Origin: Nemertoderma westbladi
Taxonomy: Eukaryota > Animalia > Xenacoelomorpha
Direction of reading: 5' to 3'
Length of the DNA stretch: 64,000 nt
Assembly: GCA_032718475.1 (NCBI GenBank)
Contig: JAUCBJ010006781.1
Span: 1-64,000, forward strand
In this document: positions 54,877-64,000 of the stretch, piece by piece
Position numbering within the stretch: position 1 is the first letter of the stretch
How the letters are laid out: each line of letters opens with the position of its first letter
Notes under the pieces: model-generated
Told to the model about the DNA's origin: nothing
What the model saw: only the letters and a program-made list of their open reading frames with translations
The model's database searches: none
Program-made: the position numbers and the translations under genes

Positions 54877-55516
54877 CTATCAGTACCTGGCTATAAAATG
54901 TTGTACAAATACCGGGGGTGGGGGGGGGGGGGGGTGGGGTCATATTGACCCCCCCCCCCCCCCCCCCCCCCCCCTCTAAAATCTACAAATTTTTACGAAA
55001 ACGTCTGATTTTTTTGTTTGTACGTTGATATCACTAGTCTGGATCCGACCGAAAAAAAAATTTTCGAAAAAATGTACTGGGGTGGTTATATTGCAGCACC
55101 AAAATTAGAAGTAGTGCACAATTTTCACAAAATTTGAAAGTTAGATTTTTCGGCAAATTCTTTTTCAATACAGGTTTTCTGGGGCGCAAAATATATTGAA
55201 AAATGATATGATTACTATAAATGGCTGTTTAGTCCTCTCTGCGTAGGAAAAAAATGAAAAAAACAAGTAACCAGCACTTTTCAGTTAGAACACAAAATTT
55301 TTTTAATTCACTTATACGATGCTATAATTTCATATTGTCAGGTTTTCTAGGGCGCTGATTATAATGGAATACATTTCTAATATGCCAGATCATTGCTACT
55401 TGTATTTTTCGGCGTAATTTGGCAAATTTTGGTGCTGGCACCAATTTTCGTACCCATAACCAAAAAGTACAAGTTTGCGATGTCCAGTGCTGATTTTATT
55501 GATTCCATCGGATTCA
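54877..55516 (+). mobile_element. Truncated left-end copy of the piggyBac-type element at 60391-61948
   Basis: Closely similar to 60393-61009. Confidence 0.85.
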
Positions 55517-55624
55517 TTACTACTACTACTAGGTTCGGCATGCTGCATTGCAGCTGCATTTTTAAGAATGCTGTGCCGGCTTATCGACAAAATTGCACCA
55601 CCAAAGCTCCCTATCACCCATGAC

Positions 55625-56420
55625 ATTTGCTAGATCATCCGCATCTTCAAGGCCAGTGTCCTTTAAGATTCGTCTCAAGAAAGTCATGGGCTGTCCACCA
55701 TGCTTATTCACTCCATGAGGCTGCCAAAGTACAAGTTATGCACTGGCTGGTCCTAACGGCGAAAGCAATGTCCTGCAAAGCGGAGGCAATTATGTTCTAG
55801 TGTCAAGCTTGGGAGAACCAATGAGACACCTCCAATGTTATATAGTGTCTGGTTGGAGATGTGTGCATTGTACTTGACACAATGAACCCGACGTAGCATT
55901 CTTGTGAATGTGCCATCCAGAGATTTGGTTTCCTCAGCAGTTAGAGCCCAGCATGGACTCCCATAGAGGAGTACTGGAACTACTGCTGCTCTAAATAATC
56001 GGACCGACCTTAAGTTTCCGATTAATTCTCGGTGACTTCCAAATCCTGGAAAGCCTATTCAAGGCTGCCCATGCCTTTCCCTTACGTATTCGAAGGTCCT
56101 CACCTGACTTCCGGATCCAATCTCCCAGGTAACAGAAGTCATCCACATGCTCAAGAATACCATCTTTTGAGCTTATGCTCATCCGATCAGAGACTTGCTG
56201 AGGACTTTCAAAGTTAACTGTCAAAATTTTGGTCTTTCTGGAGTTAATAAAAAGACCAACTCTAGAAGCAGCATGTTCTAATGAGCTGAGGAGCCGTTGG
56301 GCTCCCTCTAGTGATTCTGAGAATACTCCTAAGTCATCAGCAAAGTCTAGATCAGTTAGGTACTTGGCAGGATTTCCTCGACTTCTGGAGCCAGTAGGTG
56401 GAGTTATCATCACCCCAATC
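55625..56420 (-). mobile_element. RTE-clade LINE 3' fragment
   Basis: LTDLDFADDL, GLFINSRKTK, VDDFCYLG, RKGKAWAALNRLSRIWKS. Same family as 32790-33580. Confidence 0.85.
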
Positions 56421-57628
56421 TGTTTGCGCTTTTAAAGCCTGCCAAAATTAGAATGTCTTTTGGATGATAGATAGTCTTTAGCCTATGACGAGTATTTGAT
56501 ACACTACATTAGCCGAAGCCAGTCTATGCGCAATCATTCACCCGTTGGATATACCCGGGAGACTGAGTTCGGGGCTTAATGATTGATGGTGTAAGCCTAC
56601 TGTATTATTCGACTGATCGTGATATATAATCTCTGACAAATATTATTCACTTTCGGGAAATATTAACAGTTCCTTTAGGACGTGGCGCTCTATCTATATA
56701 AACAGAGTTATGACTTAAACTAGTCACAACGAAAAGGCTATAGATTCACGTATATGGCACATTCTTTAGGAGATGTTTTGTTATCAGTTACACTCATACA
56801 CAATGCTGCACAATACTGCACACTAATCTGCCGACCTTCACTAAATTTGGTCACGTATAAAGAGAGCAACAGACAATTTATGTTGGGCATATGAAATAGC
56901 ATTAGATTCACTTCAAACCACTCAACACAGGTCGCAATCGTTTATCTGTAACCGGTCTCTCTAACCTTTAGTATATCAAGAAGGTGGGGTGTCTGACTAT
57001 TGATCAGTATTCCGATATAATATTTCATCAACCAATATAATGAATGACCGACAGTAAAAGCAGTAATATTAATGTATAAATGATTATTAAGTGAATGAGT
57101 TAACTTGTGTAACTCGTGAGTGGTTAAGTAAGTTAAGATAACAGATATACGTTCTATAATTGAGCCTACTAATGTAAGACTAAAGACTGAAAACACGGAG
57201 GTGCCAAAAGCCGGTTCTTAGGCTCTGGGCAAAAACATAACACTGAACACTGATAAGAATAACCTTATTTACAAAGGCTTCCACCCACCACAGAGAATGA
57301 GCATAAAGATAGGAAATTCAGTTCAGTAGATCTGTGATAGGTCGAAATCAAAACCAACTCAAATCCTATTGGCAGATACAGAAAGCTGCAACGTGGCAAT
57401 ATCAGCCGTTAGCCGTCGTCATGGTAGCGACACTGTTTTCAAGAGTATCGAGCTTTTTACGTCATGAAATTGCAGATTATGTCCTCTAAAGTACAAATAC
57501 AGAAGAAATGGCTTTTATGTCCTCCAAAACACCAGTACAGCAAGGACACGGCCTTTTTATGCCTGGTAAACCAACCACAGAGTACTTTACGGGGATAATA
57601 ACCGGCTAATTACGCAAAAGCTTTTACA
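56421..57628 (-). repeat. 3' LTR (~1.2 kb) of the BEL/Pao element entering from the window end
   Basis: Minus strand TTCTGGGAGCGG|TGTA at 57628; plus strand begins TGTT at 56421, where the RTE fragment stops. Confidence 0.65.
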
Positions 57629-57699
57629 CCGCTCCCAGAAAATGGGATTTAAGTCTATAAAATATAACAAATCACAGTTTCTAAAATATAAAGATACTC

Positions 57700-59040
57700 T
57701 AAACAGTTAGTCTTTCTTGCGCAGACGGCGTTTACGCAGTTTTTTGAGGCTAGCAAGAGTCTTTTTCTCTTTGGGGGGAGCCACTTTACTAGGAGGGCCA
57801 TAACTCCTGGGTGAAGGGTGCAATATGATTGCATTAGAAGGTTTGGGTTTACGGTCGGTGTCTCGTCCATTTCGATATGCTTCTCCTCGAGCTGATTTTC
57901 CTCCGCTTGTCATGGGATACGTTCGTCCAAAACTCTCGCAGAGAATAGGGTTTTCTAAGCTTGATATCTTCTTTGAGATTCGAGATTTCCCAATCGAACT
58001 GAGATAAGGCCAATTCGTTTATCGATTGGACTTACTGTTATAACTTACGTTTATCTGAACAAACGCAGGTTTCTTTTTTGATCTTTATAGAATAGCGTTT
58101 AACTCGTTTCGTACAACGCTCTCCTTCACCTTGATGAAGGGTTGTATCGCGTTAAACGGGACGACCATACGGTTGGATAGTGATATTAGGTGTCCGCGTC
58201 ATAATCCGGCTAGGTAAGATGGGCGGCTAGCTAGAAATCACTGTCGGAGTGTTACCGATTAATTGTTAGGGTAGCACTAGATCTTGAACAGTGAATACCG
58301 TCCGCGAGGATCCGCGACACCACCAGGATCACAGGTCTGAGGTCCAACTAAGGAATGAGGAGGTTTGACCGAGTATTCCGGGACTCTGATCGTAGGTTTA
58401 CTCCAGGATCGTTAGAGCCGAGTGAGCATAGGTGATACGTCAAACAAGTTTCGCTCGAAACTCCAGTAAATATAACGAACACAACTGTGTTTAACACAAC
58501 GTTTCCGTGGATGTTTATGTCTTTCCGTTTATTGGCTGGGTCTAGGGCATTTACCGTAATAATACCAAAGACGCACGTCTTGTAGGGGAAACGCGAATGA
58601 TATTTATTTGTTGTTACAATGCTTCTATCAATAATTCCAAATATATGTTGGAGTTACCGCGTTTATTTGTTTCTTTAGTGTCTTTTCTTTCGAGTCGATT
58701 TCGAATAGAATTTTCGCATTCGAATTTCAGTTTATCGTTTCGACTCCTCTGGGTAGGATATGTTCGACATAGTCCGTATCGTGTAAACCGATAGAATGGT
58801 CAATGGTTAAGAAGTCCATATACATACCATTACAATGCGTGTAGCGAGCGGTGAATTTTCCATAGTCCAATTCACGCGTAAGTTACTTCCAGGAAATCGT
58901 AGGTTCGATATAACAACCATCAACCATCATCCTTCGTAGTAGTTGGACTAGTATCACCGCGTATCAAGCTATCAACAAACGCTTGAAAGTAGATTATATC
59001 GCTCCCTGATACCAAGACCGTCTTCTATCAACTCCGTCAT
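57700..59040 (-). pseudogene. Decayed accessory ORF of the second BEL/Pao element
   Basis: Protein-like fragments with stops and frameshifts between pol and PPT, ending in the basic tail LKKLRKRRLRKKD. Confidence 0.45.
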
Positions 59041-60390
59041 ATCTGCTATATATGAGTTTATTAATATTATAATGAGTTTATATTTAGGCCAGCGAGCGTC
59101 GCTGCCTACCCCAATCCGCCCCCGGACAGTGCGAGATCCTCAGCACCGATGTGTCGTCGCCGCTGTACTTTCGCCAACGACGTAGCCGCACAACGACAAC
59201 GACAACCGGTACAAGTCACTCGACTGTCCGTCCCAAAGGCTTAGATACACCTCAGGTTCTTACTGGAGAGTTAGGGTTACTTTCACAATTGCGACTCGCT
59301 ACTGTAAACACACCTTAGTAGTAACATTCGCCTATAAACTCACAAATTCCACACACACAACTTGTCACAAATTACACACACTCGGGTCACTTGTCCGTTA
59401 GTCAATGCCTTCCAGAATGTCACTGTATTATTATGTATCCTTGGATACTAGCGGTGTGCTATTTATTCCGTATGTTATTCAATACGCATGCTTTCTATTT
59501 TTCTTTTAACTCACTTCTAATTCTAGCGTGGTTGTTGCCATGGTGACATTATGGAAAGCTAGCGGTAGAATTAGGGTAATTCTCATGCATACAGATCTGG
59601 GATGCTATTTAATAGTAATTCTTTAATTGTCAATATCCTCTTTATACATGATTCTATGAATTTTATCGGCTATTGACTGTACATTGGAGATTCTCGCACA
59701 CAAATACACTTAATAAAGTGAATCTCCGCTCCCATGATCTATTAATTAATGGAATTTTGGGAATGTTATAAATTGTACAAAATGACAATTTATTAAATTC
59801 ATTGAAATATATGAATTTAAATTTATTCCCGTAAATTTTATTATTTGATGTTAAAATTGACACAATTTGATTCCAGAGCAGGTCTGGGGACATAGGATCC
59901 TTAATTCTATGAAAATTGTCTTTTAAGAGTATCGGTAAGTGCTACGATATCTTAATCGACTAGAATTTTAAAGGATCTGATATTTGACAGATTTTTGTAA
60001 ATATTAATAATTAATATTTAGGATGGGCACCAGTTTATTCCAGAACTTGTCTGGGGACGTTAACCACTGATTCTAGAATTTTGTCTTTCAAGTATATCGG
60101 TGGGTGCCGCGATATCTTAATTGACTAGAATTACAGATGGTCAAAGGGTTTAACAGATTTATTTTGCGTTATACGCTACTGTTAAAGGGACATCACGCTA
60201 CTATATGTATTATTTAATATACGGTATGAGAGCAATATCGCACGAAGCAATGTCAGTGTGAAGAGGCAAGTCGTTTCCAAGGTCTACCCAGAGCTTGGTT
60301 TAGCCGAGACACGAGGATCTGAACTTTGCATTCCTAATACTCTGCCTACCAATAATACTTTAATATAGTAGTGGCTTTATTGTACTTTAA

Positions 60391-61948
60391 CCCTATTAGT
60401 ACCGGGCTATAAAATGCTGTACAAATACCGGGGGGGGGGGGGTCATATTGACCCCTCCCTCTAAAATCTACAAATATTAACGAAAACGTCTGATTTTTTG
60501 TTTGTACGTAGGTATCACTAGTCTGGATCCGACCGAAAAAAAAAATTTTCAAAAAAATGTACTGGAGTGGTAATATTGCAGCACCAAAATTACAAGTAGT
60601 GCACAATTTTCACAAAATTTGAAAGTTACATTTTTCGGCTAATTGTTTTTCAATACAGGTTTTCTGGGGCGCAAAATACATTGGAAAATATTTAAAAATG
60701 ATATGATTACCATAAATGGCTGTTTAGTCCTCTATGCGTAGGAAAAAAATGAAAAAAACAAGTAACCAGCACTTTTCAGTTAGAACACAAAATTTTTAAT
60801 TCACTTATACGATGCTATAAATTCACATTTTTAGGTTTTCTAGGGCGCTGATTCTAATGGAATACATTTCAAATATGCCAGATCATTGCTACTTGTATTT
60901 TTCGGCGTAATTTGGCAAATTTTGGTGCTAGCACCAAATTTCGTACCCATCACCAAAAAGTACAAGTTTGCGATGTCCAGTGCTGTTTTTATTGTTTCCA
61001 TCGGATTCAGGACCCTCATAAACCCGTATAACGTAAGAAACAAGATGATACTATCTACTGATCAATTTACTAATTTTCCAAAATTTGGTGCAAAACAACA
61101 ATTTTCACCCACCGGCGAAAAATACAAGTTTGAAAACTCTTATGAAATTTTTACTGATTCCATTGAATTCAGAACCCTAACAAACCCGTATAACGCAAGA
61201 AACAAGATGACACAATCAATTGATATATTTGATGGTTTTCAAAATTTGGTGCTAGCACCACATTTTGCACCCACTTCCGAAAAATACAAGTTTGAGATGT
61301 CTAGTTCGATAATTATATATTCCATTGAATTCAGAACAGCCATAAACCTCTAAAATGCAAGAAATAAATTGTCACAAGCAATTTTATCTATTGAATGGAT
61401 TTTCAAAATTTCGTGCTAGCACCAAAATTTGCACACAGCACCGAAAAATACAAGTTTGATGCGCTTGGTGCAACTCGTATATATTTCATCGAAACCAGAA
61501 CCCCAAAAAACCCCAATTGCGTAAAAAACAAGTTTCAAACAATCAATTTACAAAATTGACATATTTCAAAATTTGGTGCTGGCACCAAAATTTGGCACCC
61601 GCCGAAAAAAACAAGTTTGAAATTTCTAAATCAATTTATATGAATTCCATCCAATTGCTAACACCAAAAAACCGGTGTAAATCAAAAATAGAGATGTTAC
61701 AATTAATATTTAATGAAATGTAATTTTCAAAAAACGTCTCAAAAAAAGTGCCAAAAGTAGGGTTAAAAAATGGTGCTATAACTCGAAAACTACCCAATAT
61801 TTTTGAAAACGGTTTTCACTACTAGGAAGACAATAGATTTTTAGGAAAAGTCATAAAATTTCAGAATCCCAACTGCGTTTGTTTCAGAATTATAATAAAA
61901 AAACCACGGGAGGGGTCATATTGACCCCCCCCCCCGGGTTTAATAGGG
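60391..61948 (+). mobile_element. Non-autonomous TTAA-specific (piggyBac-type) element nested in the BEL 3' region
   Basis: TTAA|CCCTATTA ... TAATAGGG|TTAA; subterminal palindrome GGGGTCATATTGACCCC at both ends; internal degenerate tandem repeats. Confidence 0.9.
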
Positions 61949-62239
61949 TTAATAAGTACGGACATTTCATCTTACTGTAGTTACGTATTTATAATATAAT
62001 ACGGACAGTAAGGAAAGAGAAAAATAATTATTTCTTCGCCGTCGCACTAAATATAATATAAGTAATTACGTACGTAATAAACACGAATATATTGCACTAT
62101 TCTACAAAATAATCGCTAAATAATATTCTACTAAATTAAATAAAACGATTATAATAAAATTACATAGTAATACATACATAAATATAAAAATAATAAAATA
62201 ATATAAAATAATAGAGTCACACGCCCACTCCGAACGATA

Positions 62240-64000
62240 TTAAGTTGGGGAGTCCCTAGATGTCGGTTGGATTAGGGAAGTGGTCGTGGGAAGAGTTTCT
62301 TGCCTTCCATAGTTTCCGGAGAGCTCTCTGTCTCTTTCCAGTAAACATAAACGTCCCACTGGGCGATTGAGCTGTTGAGTCTCAAAGACTATCCCTGGTT
62401 TCTTAAAGTTCCGCCGCATGACGACGAGCTCTACTGATCGCACCAAACCATCGCTCGAGATATAAGTCTCGATGATACGTCCTGTTTGCCATCGCTTACG
62501 TGGGAGATCGGGGTCCACAATAAGCACCATGTCTCCAGCGCTGACGTTTTCTTGCTGCGCAAACCACTTAGTTCGAAGTTGTAGAGTGGGCAGGTAATGT
62601 TTCTCGAAATGGTCAGCGAAACGACGGGATAGCAACTGCATAAGTTGCCAGGTTCGACGGCAGTACTCGTCTCCGTCTGTGATCTCCGATCGTGGGAGCA
62701 TGGCTACGGGTTTCTTCAGTAGAAAGTGCGCGGGTGTTAGCGCTTCCAGGGAATCAGGATTTGAAGAGACTGGCATAAGCGGTCTTTCGTTGAGATAGGC
62801 GGCGATTTCCTCCATTAACGTCCGCAATAGTTCGTCGGTGAGATAAGCGCGACAGGGCACAATAAAATGGAACGCAGTCTTCACGCTCCTAATCAATCTC
62901 TCCCAACTTCCTCCCCACCAAGGGGCGTCGGCGGCGTTGAAGGTCCAGCTAGACGCTGTTATCCTTAGCTGATCGTCCACCTGTCTTTTGTTCCAGTCCT
63001 TTACGTAAGCTTGAATTTCGTTGTTGGCGCCAATGAAGTTCGTTCCCTTATCCGATCTCATCGTGTTACTGGTTCCGAAGCGAGCGATCTGTCGTCGTAA
63101 ACTCAACACGAAGCTGTTGGTGGATAGATCGTTTACCATATCGAGATGAATGGCTCTACAAGTCATACAAACGAAGATGACACACCATCTCTTGACTATA
63201 GTCCGGGCACGATATACTTCAATAGGGCCAAATAAATCCACACCGGTATTAGTAAAGGGTGGTTCATAGAAGCTTACTCTTTCCCTAGGTAATTCTGCCT
63301 CTCGCTGCGTTAAAGGCCTACTGAATGCTTTCCTACAGGGTATGCAGTTCCTAAGAACTTGGTTCAGAGCCCTACGGGGTTTATAAAAATAGTAGCGAGT
63401 TCGAATTTCGCTCAGAACTCGTTCTCTACCCGCATGGTACAGTTTGCTATGAACATCTACAATCATCTTGATTTGTATATCAAGATTTCTAATGAGTATG
63501 GGAAACTTGGTGTCAAAGGATAACGGGGCGTTGGTAAGCCGACCTCCAACACGTATTAACCCATCTATCATGGTACTAGAGAAGCGATCCCTTAAGCGCA
63601 TCTGTGGATTTCTTAACAACAGGAAATACTTATCGGAATCCTCATAGCATTGTAGGAGTCTCAGCATCTGTTTGTTGGTTTCATCATGCTCCTGGTAACT
63701 GATCTTTTCCTTTAGAAACCTGTCGGATATCTTGTATTTAGGAAGATCTTTAACAACATGGACTCGTGCAGATGTTGATGGAGCATCATCACTATTGGTC
63801 TTTGTTCCGGAGTAACGATGATGAAAACATCGTTTCAAATAGGTCACAGCTTTACAGAGCCGATTCCAGGAACTGTAGTGACGTATCGCTCTCTGCAAGA
63901 GAGGTGAGAGTCCTTGTGCGATATCTGGTATTCCAGATTTCCAATCCTTGTCACGGATTTCCAAGACTTCTTTAGTCGTGGCAGTGGGTTTCTGATCCAA
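62240..64000 (-). CDS. C-terminal part (integrase) of a second BEL/Pao gag-pol
   Basis: GLIRVGGRL, HSKLYHAG..CIPC, GVDLFGP, RSDKGTNF, WWGGSWERLIR, LTPAHFL. Open to the window edge. Confidence 0.95.
   Translation of the reverse strand: MDQKPTATTKEVLEIRDKDWKSGIPDIAQGLSPLLQRAIRHYSSWNRLCKAVTYLKRCFHHRYSGTKTNSDDAPSTSARVHVVKDLPKYKISDRFLKEKISYQEHDETNKQMLRLLQCYEDSDKYFLLLRNPQMRLRDRFSSTMIDGLIRVGGRLTNAPLSFDTKFPILIRNLDIQIKMIVDVHSKLYHAGRERVLSEIRTRYYFYKPRRALNQVLRNCIPCRKAFSRPLTQREAELPRERVSFYEPPFTNTGVDLFGPIEVYRARTIVKRWCVIFVCMTCRAIHLDMVNDLSTNSFVLSLRRQIARFGTSNTMRSDKGTNFIGANNEIQAYVKDWNKRQVDDQLRITASSWTFNAADAPWWGGSWERLIRSVKTAFHFIVPCRAYLTDELLRTLMEEIAAYLNERPLMPVSSNPDSLEALTPAHFLLKKPVAMLPRSEITDGDEYCRRTWQLMQLLSRRFADHFEKHYLPTLQLRTKWFAQQENVSAGDMVLIVDPDLPRKRWQTGRIIETYISSDGLVRSVELVVMRRNFKKPGIVFETQQLNRPVGRLCLLERDRELSGNYGRQETLPTTTSLIQPTSRDSPT

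Noticed and set aside
60886-61353. 155-aa ORF as transposase
   Set aside because: Arises from internal degenerate tandem repeats; no DDD/E motifs.

Overview
Eukaryotic (animal-like), AT-rich, transposon-dense window. Two host genes can be rebuilt exon by exon on the minus strand: (i) a secreted coiled-coil + fibrinogen-C (FReD) gene (3949-7412) whose signal-peptide exon is cut by a retrotransposon, and (ii) a highly divergent Cys-loop ligand-gated ion channel gene (at least 7 phase-compatible exons, 26152-50429) with an atypical M2 pore. The main feature is a ~17 kb BEL/Pao LTR retrotransposon (7413-24437, minus) organised like a complex retrovirus. It has an intact 2896-aa gag-pol and a second intact 1241-aa ORF in the env position that encodes a DEDDy/WRN-like 3'-5' exonuclease domain plus three CCHC knuckles instead of an envelope. 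It also shows splice signals that would give that ORF a subgenomic mRNA, three leader stem-loops, nine dispersed copies of a palindromic 17-nt motif, and a pol III tRNA-like cassette upstream of the PPT that recurs in a diverged relative at 34.6-36.5 kb. Other content: two more BEL-type elements with decayed 3' extra ORFs, degenerate LINEs (CR1/L2-like, RTE, RLE-type), a hAT with 8-bp TSD, a TTAA piggyBac-type element, a Penelope fragment with a hammerhead-like core, a tRNA-SINE, a tRNA palindrome, MITEs and satellites. All calls come from reading the sequence by eye; no searches were run.
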